DNA of 64,000 nucleotides, from contig NIVC01002213.1 in the NCBI GenBank assembly GCA_002269645.1, positions 1 through 64,000 of the forward strand. Direction: 5' to 3'. Position numbers and translations under genes: made by a program. Positions within the stretch are counted from its first letter, which is position 1; every line of letters begins with the position of its first letter. This document shows, piece by piece, positions 10,001 through 22,983 of this stretch. The notes under the pieces were generated by a model, which worked only from the letters and a program-made list of their open reading frames with translations, ran no database searches and was not told the origin of the DNA. This stretch comes from Macrostomum lignano (lineage: Eukaryota).

Positions 10001-13000
10001 CATAATTGTGGTAACAGCATCAACTCTGCTCTGGAGAACTTGGAGGTTGCAGCACAGCATTTTGCCACTTTCACCTGCAGGCTCAGAACTATCGGTATTC
10101 TCAGGGACAGCCGCAGTCCCAGGTGATCTATGGCCAGAACCCAAATGCCGCCTACCAGCAGCAGGGAGCCAGCTCTCTTCAGCCTGGCTGGCCAGCTGGC
10201 AACATGCCAGGCCAGTTTCCGTCCAGCTCGATGCAGCAGCAGTACATGGCGCCGTATGTGCAGCAGCCTGTTCAGCCAATGATGCCCATGCAGCACCCGC
10301 AAGTTCCGCCAGGCTATGTGAGTTAAAAACAGACTGTTGGAGTTGTGCATATCAGCGAGGACAAATCATTAGAAGCACGAGGAACTGTTTAGGGGCTGCA
10401 CTAGCTATCGCCGTTTTGTGTAGGAAAGAAGCCTATCTCCACTGTTTTTTTTTCGCACAAAACCAGCACCCAAAATGTTTTTTTAAGAAACAGTAGGCCC
10501 AAGTTGGTTCTTTATACCTATTGTCGGTGCAAGTTTCTGAAGTGTGCAAACACTAGTATGATTACTCCCTATCTTTCCCATGCTGTCACATTTTCTTGAT
10601 CTGCTTAAAGCCACAGTTCCAGGTGTTCACAATGGCCGCTCCGCTGATTGCAAAAGTGAGAACCGGCCGTTCCAGTTTCGGTGCTTTTTCTGCCGCTCGG
10701 CTGTCTTGTTCGTTTTATGAGCTCGATTTTAGTGCCTGTTAATTATTATATTTTATAACTGTTTATTTCGAATAATTTTAATTGTCTTAAGTTTCTTTGA
10801 GTTTCTTAATAGTTTGGGGACTTGGTATAAAATTATTGAAGTTAAAGAAATAATTGCTCAATATTGTGCTTTAAAATTTGATAATTTCTACTGCTGCCGC
10901 CGTGCTCAAACCGCTGAAATTCTATTGAAGCCCACTCACCCCGTCCACACAGCCGCCAATGCAGCCGTGGAACGCCATGGCCAACTACCCCGGCTCGAAC
11001 CCGCAAACCTACGGCATTCCGGCGATGCAGCAGCAGCCGCCGCCGCCGCATCATCAGCAGCCAAATCCGGCATATCCTCAGCAGTTCGTGCCTGGCGCCT
11101 ACGCTAGCGGCACTCGGCCTCAGACTGGTCAGCTGCACTCCAGGGCTCAGTTCCACCCGTCCGGGCCCGCCCCCGCGCCTCATCAGCCATTCATGCAGCA
11201 CGGCGGGCCCGGCCCTGAGCAGCACCAGCCTGCGCCACAGCAGCAGCAGCAAGCTGGCCAGCAGCAACAGGAGGCTGCGGCCCCAATAAGAGAGAGAAAG
11301 CGGCTGGCCATTGTGAATCCGGACACGAAAGAGGAGGTGCACGTTGAGAAACCAGCGACTTCAACTAGCGCCGCCGGTTCCGCAGCCGCCGGCATTCACC
11401 AGCCGTCGCCACCGCCGCAGCTAAGCGGGCCAGCGCATCGGCCCAGTCGCGGTCTGCCAATCGAGAAGCCGCCGGCCGATGGCCAGACGGTTCAGAAGGA
11501 CCTCCTCAAGCTGCGGGCCACCGCTAAGCCAGCGACAGCAGCAGCCCAACAGCCGACATCCACGACACCTGCTGCCCCACCCGCTACTGTCGAGCCGCAC
11601 CCAGCCGCCCCCTCCGACGCAGCGGAGGCCAAGGCTTCAGCAGCAGCGCCCGCTCTTGCTGCCCAGCCCGAGTCGATCAGCGTCGACCCTTTGCCTCCAC
11701 CAGCCAAGCCACCGACGCCTTCGCCCTCACCAGAGGTGTCGGAGGCTGCTCCGATGCCGGCGCCCGACGCTGAGGCAAAGAAAGAAGGCGCAACAGCTCC
11801 GGCTCTGAAGTCGGAGTCCTCCGCTGCCGAATCGCCCGCCGCGGACTCGCCTGTTCCGACGGCGCTGGCGCAGAAGTCCCCAGTGGCGTCGCCGCCAGTC
11901 AACGGGGACGCAACCGACGGCAGTCGTCAGTCGCCCGCAGTGGCCCCATTGTCGCGCAAGGCGTCTGTCGATGCCGGACGCGGCTCGGCTGGGCCGGAGC
12001 GCAGGACGCAGCAGCCGCCGCCGCTCATTCAGCCACCGGCAAGCGGCAAGTACGAGTTCAAGCCAGAGCCGGGCGAGTCGGACAAGACAACGCTTGAAAA
12101 GAAGCTGAAGTACGACCGGGGATTCCTGCTGAGCCTGCAGTTTACTGATCTCAGCAACCAGCGGCCCGACGAGCTACCGGGAGACATTCCTGAGCTGCTG
12201 CCCCGCAGCGACTCCGTAAGTGCTGCAGTGTTTTTCGATATGTGTATATATCATTTATTAAGGTCCAAAGTGATACCTTATTAGGCGTCGGATTCACGAC
12301 TCGAAGGTCGGGGGTTCGAATCCCGATTCCGGCTGAGCTTTTGTTTGCACATCTGCCCATTCGGACAGGTGTAGTCATTTATTATTAATTATTATTATAA
12401 AGATAAAATCAGTGATTATCTGTTGGAATTACCGTCAGATAATTGCAATTTTTGCATTGCTTGACGTCAAATTTCGGCAATACTGAGTCACCATTCATTC
12501 TTTTGCATTGGTTTCTTTTCATCAGTTCTACGACTGAGATTCACATTTTCAAACTTTTGATACCTTTTTCAGCAGCAGCAGCCGCCTCGAGCCGTTCGCG
12601 GCTTCGATTTCACGCCTTCATACGTGGTGCAGCCGAACTACGTCGCGAAGGACAAAGGGAAGTCCATCTACGGATCTCATCGTGGCAGTGGAGGCCGCGG
12701 TGGTGGCGGCGGCGGCCCGCCGAAACCGGCGCCCAAGCCGCAGCTTGTGATTGAAGTGCGGAAGGATAAGGTCGACCTGCACAAGAGCGACAGTGCCTAT
12801 GTGCCCGGATTCCTGCAGAAGAAGCCTGACGACCAGGAGCAGCTCAAGAAGGTGGAGATCGAGCGGAACATTCGGTCCATCCTGAACAAGATTGCTCCGC
12901 AGAACTTTGAGTCCTGCTTTTCTCAGCTGACCACAACCTGCGATATCGGCAGCATCCAAGGTCTCAATGCCTGCGTTGACATCATCTTTGACAAGGTAAT

Positions 13001-16000
13001 AACTGTCTTGTATTGAGAGAGTAGACTGGTACCTACTTCTCCTATGATGACCGTTATCCCTGACTTATATGCAATGCAGAAAACAGTTTATGTCTGATTA
13101 CGCCATAAATAAAATTCATTTCAACTTATCTGCAGTTGCTCTTGCACCCACCTGGCTAAATATGCGCCCATTTTCTGTCTGCAGGCCACTCGTGAGAAGT
13201 CCTACTCATCCGTGTTCGCTGAGATCTGCAAGCGGCTGGCCTTTGTAAGCGATAGTCACAAATATTATGCAAACACTAAGACGTTTTGTAAGCTCATGAG
13301 CTTAATTGCTAATGTTTTCCATTTTCATACCTGCAGCTCAAGGTGAACTTTCCCGAGCAGTCTCAGGAGAACAAGCAGTTCATCGGTTTCCGGTCCCTGC
13401 TGCTGAAGAAATGCCAGGAAATGTTCGAGACTCCGCTGAAGGAGCAGATGGAGCAGAAGGGGGCGCAGTGGCAAGAGAAGATCGACGCAGAAGAGAAGGA
13501 AGACAAGAAGAAGGCGCTGGAAGAGGAGAGGGACGAGCAGATGAAGAAAGCAAAGGACCAATATTACGGGAACATCAGGTGAGTTTCTGTTAGAAGCTGG
13601 GTTAATAAAATGGGGTCCTTTATTGTGTATTGTGTGATTTCATGCTGCCTCACTGCAGATTCATCGGCGAGCTGTTCATGAAGGACATCCTGACGGCAAA
13701 CATCATCCATCAGTGCATTGTATCGCAGCTGAAGTCAGACCACAGCAGCAAGAGCATGTTCACGGAGTCGCTGGAGTGCCTGTGCGAGCTGCTGAAGACA
13801 GTCGGCAAAAAGCTGGAGAGTGAGAATAACGCCAAGGCTCGAATCGACCAGTACTTCGAGCGGATCAAGAAGCTGATCAACAGCAAGGAGATCGAGTCGA
13901 AGGTTCGGTTCCGCCTGCAGGACATCGTAGAGATGCGACAGCGGAACTGGGAGCGGCGCGAGATGGAGATTCGGCTGCACGAGAGGCCGATGACGAAGGA
14001 GGAGCTGGAGCAGAAGGCCAGGCAGGATGAGTCGCGGAAGCAGCAGCTGGCAGGCATGCAGCAGCAGCAGACTCGAGGTGGCCGGCAGGGCGGCTTCAGT
14101 CGGCCACCTGCTGGGCCGACCCCTGCGGCCAACAGCGAGTGGACCCCAGTAACAACGACTCGCAAGGCACAGAAGATGGACGCTCGCAAGATGGTCATCG
14201 GCAGCAGCCAGGAGCAGGGCCAGTCACAGACTCGGCTGGGCCCGTCTCGACCGTCGTTTGTGGCCAAGGCAAGGCCCAGCGGCAAGGATGACGGAGGCCG
14301 TGGCACGCCGAGGTGAGAATATTAGATGGTTAGACTAGCCATCTACGCCCCCCCAGTTGGGGGGGCAAGAAAGAAAAGAACAATTTCTTGCACCAGCACC
14401 AGCTCTGAAGCCAAACCTTCTACCCTAAGATATCAACAACCCATGTGAGCTTTGACATCCAAGCCTCACTTTAAATTAGTTGGTTGGATTATATTATTTG
14501 GCGTCCTCAATTAGTTTTCCTGTCCTAGGCCTCAGAAATGTTTAGAATTTGTTAAACACAAACTCGCTCCTCCGCTAGGCTGGGCAGTCAGAAGAACTCG
14601 CGAGAGTCCAGCGCCAGTCGTGGCACCAGTCGGGAGGCCTCGCCGCACCTGGATCCGCAGCAGCTGCAGCAGCCCGCTGTGGCAGCGTTGGCGGCCTCCG
14701 GCAAGATGCCGCGCTCTCAGTCCAGCCAGGAGCTGCCGGCGCGGGCCGTTGAGTCGCCACGGTCCGTTGAGCCGCCGCCGATACCGCGGGACGTTCTGGA
14801 GCGGAAGAGCAAAAACATAATGATGGAGTGGCTCGGCTCCCTGTGCTCGCTAGAAGTAAGCTCGTGTCTTGCATGAATGTGTCTGAAGAATCTGAAGCAC
14901 CGCATCCTCTCCCTCACCTTCTTCCATTCAGGACACCAAATCCAACTTCATTGAAATCTCGCGTCACCCAGAAATCAGCGCCTTCGTGGAGGTGAACGCG
15001 GAGCACCTGCTGAATGAAAACAGCAAAGAGCTTCGGGAGAGGGGCGGCCAGCTGCTCTTCGAGTTGCTGCACAGCGAGCTGCTCAGCTCGAAAGATCTTA
15101 TTGAGGGGTGAGTCTGGGCAAAGTGATGAAGCTGCTCACCGCGATGCGTCAGCAGGATGAATTTTGGAATTACCGTCTGACCCGGTGAGGCCCCCGAGGC
15201 CCCCGGCTGACGAAGTTTTTGCTGTCTGAAGCTCGACGCGATCCCAGCTGTCAGGAGCCTAGGAGGCCCAGCTGTCAGGAGCCTGGGAGGCCCAGCTGTC
15301 AGGAGCCTGGGAGGCCCAGCTGTCAGGAGCCTGGGAGGCCCAGCTGCCAGCAGCCTGGGAGGCCCAACTGTCAGAAGCCTGGGAGGTCCAGCTGCCAGCA
15401 GCCTGGGAGGCCCAGCTGTCAGGAGCCTGGGAGGCCCAGCTGTCAGAAGCCTGGGAGGTCCAGCTGTCAGAAGCCTGGGAGGCCCAGCTGCCAGGAGCCT
15501 GGGAGGCCCTCCTGCCAGCAGCCTGGGAGGCCCAGCTGTCAGGAGCCTGGGAGGCCCAGCTGTCAGAAGCCTGGGAGGCCCAGCTGTCAGAAGCCTGGGA
15601 GGCCCAGCTGTCAGGAGCCTGGGGAGGCCCAGCTGCCAGCAGCCTGGGAGGCCCAACTTGGCCCAGCTGCCAGCAACCCGAGAGGACCAGCGGCTCTGGG
15701 CTATGGGTTGTGAATTGATTGCAGTAGATTGCAGACTCCCACCCATCATCCGCTCCCCCGCAGCTTCTCACCCATCATGGAGATGGCGGACGACTTCCTG
15801 TCGGACTTCCCGCTTTTGTCCAGCTACCTGGGAGAGATTTTCTCCTCCTTTGTGCAGAAGGCGGCCTCCTACTTGTCCTGCGTGCAGCAGCTGGTGCTGA
15901 GGATCCCCGCCGACCTGCGAGACTCGAGCCGGCGACCTCTGCGGGGCGAGGTGGTGTCGCGGGCGCTGCACCTGGCCAGCGGGCGGCTCGGCCACGACCG

Positions 16001-16802
16001 GGTGGGCGCGGCGTTCCGGGAGGCGGGGATGGCGTGGCACAGCCTGCTGGAGCTGCCGCAGGCGGACGCGGCGGACTTCGTTGCAGCCAACAAGCTGGAG
16101 TTCACTCTGCATGAGACGATGCTGTCGCCATCGCCCATCGCCCTGGACGTCGTCGGCGAGCGGATCGAGCAGAAAATCGGCAACGCAGACGGCGACGCCT
16201 CGGCGAAGGACCTGCTGTCCGAGGAGCTGATCGCCCTCATAGAGAAGGAGGTGGACAAGAAGCAGATGGAGTCTCGGGAGTTCATCCGGGTTCTCGTGCG
16301 AAGCGTCTGTCGCGGCTGCACTCGTGAGTGGGCAGTCGGTGATGTGCATTTGCAGTGATGGGACATCTTTATGGCAGGTCAGTTGTGACTTGAATTCTCA
16401 CGCTTTGCAGAGAGCAAGAAGCTGAACAAGCCGCTGTTCCTGCTGGTTAAGCCAGTCCTTATGCGGCACATCGAGACCCATGAGCAGCAACAGCAGTGGG
16501 TTCTCAGCGCCACCTGCGACACCATAAAGAGTGCAGGCCTTTCACTTGGTGAGTTTTGCTTTGCTGGTAGCAATGCTCTGACCTTTCTACTCACTGTGCT
16601 TCAGTAGTTTCAACGGCGCATTCCTTCCAAATGCACTGCAGAGTTGATAAACGACCTCTTTTTCGCCTACCTTGATAACGCAATCATCTGCGAGGACTCG
16701 TTCAAGCAGTGGTACCAGGAGGCCGGCAAGGAGCTTCAGGACGCCACTCAGGTGTTTATTAACACTCTGGAGTCCACGCACAGCCCCAGCACTGACTCCT
16801 AG
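7024..16802 (+). CDS. EIF4G: Eukaryotic translation initiation factor 4 gamma (eIF4G), about 1427 aa, 14 coding exons
   Basis: Exons: 7024-7058, 9793-9806, 9883-9926, 10081-10317, 10953-12215, 12573-12995, 13185-13244, 13337-13578, 13659-14312, 14579-14855, 14932-15107, 15764-16323, 16411-16548, 16642-16802 (4284 nt, frame continuous). Motifs: eIF4E-binding YDRGFLL (YxxxxLL), DFTPSY, MIF4G (IRSILNKIAPQNF, IIFDKA, GNIRFIGELF, LECLCELLKTVGKKL, SKVRFRLQDIVEMR), MA3 and W2 domains. The first three small exons are less certain than the core. Confidence 0.95.
8016..8755. mobile_element. Non-autonomous TIR element (hAT-like MITE), 740 bp, 8-bp TSD
   Basis: TIRs TAGGAGTCACAA / TTGTGACCCCTA (11/12). 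Flanked by GCTATAAC at 8008-8015 and 8756-8763. Subterminal AATCCC(G/A)GGAT motifs. Confidence 0.8.
8764..9211. mobile_element. Second non-autonomous TIR element, 448 bp, same 8-bp TSD
   Basis: TIRs CCATAGTTCGGA / TCCAGACTATGG (10/12). Flanked by GCTATAAC at 8756-8763 and 9212-9219. Confidence 0.75.
12283..12335 (+). mobile_element. tRNA-derived SINE-like or tRNA pseudogene fragment in an eIF4G intron
   Basis: GCGTCGGATTCACGACTCGAAGGTCGGGGGTTCGAATCCC contains the B-box/T-loop GGTTCGAATCCC (12313-12324). No recognisable D-arm or acceptor stem. Confidence 0.55.
15243..15674. repeat. Minisatellite, 24-bp unit (CCCAGCTGTCAGGAGCCTGGGAGG), about 17 copies, in an eIF4G intron
   Basis: Tandem units within intron 15108-15763. 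Confidence 0.95.
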
Positions 16803-19281
16803 CCCCTGCATTTTGCGAGCCCAAGCCACCGAATCCCCTGATTGGCCCGATTCGCGATTAACGGCACCGATTTCCGCCTCCCGCACTAAATGCCCTCTTC
16901 AATGATTCGCGCTCCTATGCTGATAGAAATAGTTGTATCCTCTCTTGTTTGTTGTCTTTGTTTTTGTCTTACCTATCTGTAGCTCCTTGCGTTCTTAAAT
17001 CCGGCTTTCTATTTCACTCCCATAGATTTGACAGGCTTAAGTTAAATATAATCCTCTCTATTGCTTCTGCCCCGCTCTTGGACTCTATTTGACTCGCTAA
17101 ATAATTTAATCCAAAAAGCACATTACACTTTACATGCCCGGTTTAGCTTTCCGGCTGAGCTGCATCCCTTAGATTTATTGTTGCCATGGTTACTGCAACT
17201 TGACGAACTTGACGATCGGCTAGCGGATTCGGCTTTGTTTAGTGCCCTTATCTGTATGGAGCAAAGGCGTTAATTAATGTTACTTGCATTAGTCATGCAA
17301 CTATTATTAACAATTTTGATTGTGCATGAATCCGCCGTCTTTTTCTTTATATGTACAATTGGTGGCTTCGTACGCTGCCGAGCTGCCGCAGTGCCGTACT
17401 TTTACGGGACGCAACACTAATATTAATGCTTAATTGCGTGAGTTAATCCTGAAGACAAGCTTTTTGATTGCTTAGTGAAAGCAAGTCTATTATCGGAATA
17501 GAATAAGTGCGCATCCGAGTGATCAGTGATCAGCTTTATGTCTATTCAGCTAAGCCATCATAAAGCTATTAAACTTGAAATTAGACTGAGCAGAAAGCTG
17601 GGCACAATTTCAATTGTGGCTTCTTCTGCAATTGAAGAGTCTCATGTTCTACCGACAGTAGCTATGCAGTAAAGCAGTGATTCAATCACAAATAAATTTT
17701 GAATCCATGTCTGCCACGAATAGCGCAATCCCGATCGAGACTCTTAACAGACCGCGTGCCTATCTTGACTGTGATCTTATTGCTTTTATTGACTGACATT
17801 TGTTCAATGCTTTCAGAAAAAAAACAATTAATAGCACTATACTGTAAGTATCCAAAATTTTCATAGGATTGTTTCTCGTGCCGAAAATTATTTTTGGCAG
17901 GGATCCAAGCTGAAATATTGAGGGAAAGTGACCAGTTTCTGCTCCCAACGCTTATCATGGATGCAGGGATACTCAATACAGTATTCAGTAGTGTATTGAG
18001 TGGTCCCTGCATGGATGTGCACTCTAAGGAAGGGCAGCGACATGCCATATTCACTTTGTGGGGCATGGGGACTCCGGGCAGCTAATTTATTGATTTTAGG
18101 TCTAAAAACAATAATCCCTGAGAAACTTTATTTCAAGGTCATACACAAAAGTGGTGCTAGGGATCCTCATTGATATTACAGTATAACTTCCATGGGCCAC
18201 CACAGGCCATGCAAGTACATGATGTAAGTAAGCTGATCAAGCACTATACTTGTTAAATTAATGCACAGAATTGTGTAGTTAGTCACATGAAAGTTTTTCC
18301 GTTGTTCCTTAATACAGTTAACTTTAAACTTGTTGAAATTTAGGCATGCACTTAAAATCTATGGAATGTATCACGTAATTTTTGGCCGCCCGGCCATTTA
18401 GTTTGCATGCATGTGTTACGCCGAATTGCGATCGGATTAATTGATGCTGGTGGAAGCTGGCTATCCCCTTCTACACTGTACATGTATGTGCGACGTGCAT
18501 GTGCTTCATTTATCTGTTCTCGTACTCTAGGAACTGCTCGGGCAAAAGCCAGCCCGCAGCACCTCCCCACTTCAAAAGTTTACAGTTCATTCTTTGTAAT
18601 GTACTCTTGGCTTAGTCAACAGTCTTTCACTTCTCCGAGTGCAGTGTTTCAGTACAAACCTGTAACAGGAACTTATAGGAACTGCGCGTCAAGAAAACTG
18701 AAATTTATGGCTGCATTGCATGGATTGCAGTCTCAAATGAAAGTCACGGACTACTTAGGTAGAACGACGCGAATCTTGCAAGTGTTATTCAAGGGCTAAT
18801 TAAATTAAATTAATTTTATCCTGGCTCGGCTGCTACTCGTAATTCATGCAGTCTCTAGCGTATGTACATAAATGGTACATGTAAATGTAGGTATCACTTA
18901 ACCCCGGCAGGGTCGAGCCCAGAGAAACACGTTCGAAGCAGTTTTTGCAAGAGACAAGTTTAATTTAATAAGCCCGGTAATTTATTAACGAAAAATTACT
19001 TAAAAGAATACACGCCACTAAGCTTACTGCATTCTTTTTTAAAAGCCTTAGAAAGTTTTATTCAGTTAAAGTAGGTCAAGCTAATTAATTACAATTAAAG
19101 TGGTGAACTTTTGTTTAAACGTTTAGATTTGCTTCGCTTTATAATTTTGACTTAAATGTTTATGATTATATAATAATAGCAGACAGATAAATTACTATTT
19201 TTTATTCTTCTTCCTACTGCCTAAATAAATATTTAAGTATTAAATAACAACAACAGCATTCGTGAAATTAAACAATACAAA

Positions 19282-22200
19282 ATGAACACTCAAACTGGTG
19301 GAATCCAACAGCTTCTCCAAGCAGAGAAGAAAGCACGTGAAAAAATCGAGGAAGCTCGAAAAGGTAAATCTGAAACTTACAACTTACAAGTAAATACTAA
19401 ACAATAGGACGTTGGGTTGGGATTGCATACATGAAAATCCTTTGACTGAAGAGATTTATTTCTAATGCATAACTTTTGCTGACGGGTTCCAGCAATACCA
19501 GTGTAGTATTGATGTGTACATTATAGCTTAACACAAAATTATATTTATAAATTATATAAAAATTGATAAGTAAGTCATTTGTTTTAAACCTAGGCCGCTT
19601 GGGCCTAGGCCTACCATTTAGATAATTTATTAGTTTTTATTTTGTTATGTTTCAAGTTTTTCATTTTTAGAAAAAGTTATAAAGTTAATGCATATATCAT
19701 TTTATTCTATGAAATAAGTTGCCTATCTCAATTAGTATAAAAAGTTCCAAAAGTTTAAACTCAGAGGTGTAGGAAGGGGGAATGGGAATGTACCCCCCCC
19801 CCAAAAAAAACATCTAATTTTTATGGCTGCTTTTTAAGTATATTTCTTCTCTCATCCTAAAGATTATTTCTAGTGGCCTCAAAGAAAATTTCTAGCTACA
19901 TGCCTAGTTAAACAGTGACAGACCAAGGTGGGCACAGACCAATGTTGAGGGAAGAGGGAAGGGGAGGGAAGTGAGAGGGAAGGCTGAGAGGAGGATAAGG
20001 TATAGAAACAGAAGCTCTCTCTCTCTCTCTCTTATCAATTCCTCTTATCTCAATCTCTGAGTCCATATCTTATTTGCCAAACTATCTAGTTTTGGATAGG
20101 CCTAGCTTTTGAGTAACCAATACTATATTATTTACAATTAGGCCTATAATTATTCATTAGGCCTATAGTCAAAGTTAGACATTAAAAATGGTCTTTTGAC
20201 TCCTCTAGCTAGAAGCTAGATTAGCCAATTGTATTTTAAAGAAGTTAAAACAAAGTTATTTCTCTTTGCATAAGCTGATTTAAAGCAATGCCTATATTGT
20301 AGCCACTTTAGTATATGGCCACCTTAGACATGTGCCAGTTAAACTGACTATTTTATAATTTAATGCAAGCATTTACAAATTAAATTTGCTCCTATTTTAT
20401 TTATTAAAGACTAGTTAAATAGGCCTTGATGTTCTATCTGTGATAAAAGTAATTAAGGCCCATAGTCCAGAGTATATAATATGCATGTGAGAATTTTTAT
20501 TGCCCTACACAGTTTATGCCAGAGGGTTGGATCAAATCCACTTAGTGTGTGATAATAGACCAATAGGGCAAATTTCATGGTTGCAACAATAAAAAAACAT
20601 TTTTGGAATTGCAACAATAAAAGACCTTTTTTGGCACTCTGCATTGCTCTGATAGTTGTGGCATGCCAACAAAAAAGTTACACATAATTCTACTACTTAG
20701 AGCATGCCAAAAAACCTTAAAATATTTGATGAATGCCATATACCATATTAGACTGTCTGGGACCTTGTATGCAAAATTAGTAGTAGACCTGTTTTACCTA
20801 TATGTAAAGAAAGCTATAATTTATAACACTATTAATTAATTTTCAAAGACTATCACCATAACAATGTATTTGTTGCATTAGATTATTTAGATAATGATAA
20901 AAAACAAATAATGCCTATCATTAAGTAGAGCACAAAGTAGTAAAACCTAAAATGGGAAATTTTGTAAGTTTGGAGGCACAGGGAGGTACATATAGCAAGT
21001 CATCAATTAGAATTTGGGTGGCTAGCCTATAAATAGAAAATAATAATATAGTATTTTTCCTTTGAAAAAAAGATTTAACATATTTCATAGTGTCTAAAAC
21101 TTAAAAAAATTGACAACAGCCTTTTCTCACTCAAGTTTATCAAATCAAATATAAAATAAAAAATCTTTGTTACTTTTGCAGTGCTACTAAATGCCTTGTT
21201 AATTGAACATTATGTGCATCAAAATCATGGATATTGGCAAAATGCTGCAAATTTGCTTTTTAACTTGCTTAATTGCATAATTGGTAGTATCCTACTACAA
21301 GTATTATGTTGCACGTTATGAGATGTTTTTTCGGCATACATTTTTAATGTTTTGAATCTACGAGCTTTTTAATCTATTTACCCTATCGAAGGCGACATTT
21401 AAACAAAAACACTGCACGGCAAAAATAGTCCTGAAGACGGGGCGGCCATAGTGGTAAACAGCAACGTCAATGCGCTCGTGCGACCCCCTCTCCAAGTTTG
21501 AAGCAGCTTTTGGGTCATAAAAACCGTCTCGCCAGGACAATAGGCAGACAGGCCCGGGGTCTGAGGCTGCTAATATGATAATAAGCTAAAGCAACATGCT
21601 TGAAGAAGCTGTTCACCAGAGCAGGTGTTCACCGAAGCGCATCGAGTTCAATGGGGGCTGTTTTGGCGCAACAACAAAACGTGCGCGCGTAGCTGCATTT
21701 TATTGGCAGGGACGCCTAAAGCTAGAGATCTGGACTGCAACAGGCACCGAGGAACAGGGGGCAGCTGCCCCCCCCCCCCCTACATTTAGATTATCGCTTA
21801 TTGACTGCTATGGAAATCCGTTCAGGTGAGGTCGAGGAGGTCAGTATCTTGGTTTTGCAACTTTTGCCTCCCCCTGACAAAACATGCCGCCCTGCACACT
21901 TCCACAAAGTCCACCCACTATAGAGTTTGTATACTGCTGTTCATATACTAAAAATGAGTTGTCATTCTGAGATGTCAATGGTTTATGTGGGAATTTGCTG
22001 CAAGATTTCAAGGCTCACGGGAAGAATTACTGAGATGTCAAGGCTCATGAGGGAATCGCTGAGATGTCAAGACTCATGGGGGGGAGTTGCTGAGATGTCA
22101 AGGCTCATGGGGGAGTTGCTGAGATGTCAAGGCTCATGGGGGAGTTGCTGAGATGTCAAGGCTCATGGGGGGAGTTGCTGAGATGTCAAGGCTCATGAGG

Positions 22201-22946
22201 GAATCGCTGAGATGTCAAGACTCATGGGGGAGTTGCTGAGATGTCAAGGCTCATAGGGGAGTTGCTGAGATGTCAAGGCTCATGGGGGGAGTTGCTGAGA
22301 TGTCAAGGCTCATGAGGGAATCGCTGAGATGTCAAGACTCATGGGGGGGAGTTGCTGAGATGTCAAGGCTCATGGGGGAGTTGCTGAGATGTCAAGGCTC
22401 ATGGGGGAGTTGCTGAGATGTCAAGGCTCATGGGGGAGTTGCTGAGATGTCAAGGCTCATGGGGGGAGTTGCTGAGATGTCAAGGCTCATGGGGGGAGTT
22501 GCTGAGATGTCAAGGCTCATGGGGGAGTTGCTGAGATGTCAAGGCTCATGGGGGGAGTTGCTGAGATGTCAAGGCTCATGGGGGAGTTGCTGAGATGTCA
22601 AGGCTCATGGGGGAGTTGCTAAGGGGTCAATGCTGCAGATTTCTAGTATTTACTACTATTTTCGTAACCATGCGTACTGTTTAGTAGAACGAACACTTAG
22701 CTACCGGTGGTTTGAAGCCGTACGGGGAAAATGCACTTTGTAAATTTTTCACTTTTCCACGCTCCACACTTCTTTTGTTAAACGAAATCAGATGCTTTGG
22801 TCAGTCAATTCAATCTAGGAAGTTTTGTGCGAAGGGTTTGGACAATTTTCTGCTCAATCTTTCATGCGTTTTTATGGCCTAAGTTTGTTGCTCAGAGCTG
22901 AGTCGCCGCTCCAAATTCTCTGTCTAGGACTCCGCGGTGTTTTTGA

Positions 22947-22983
<37 letters not shown>

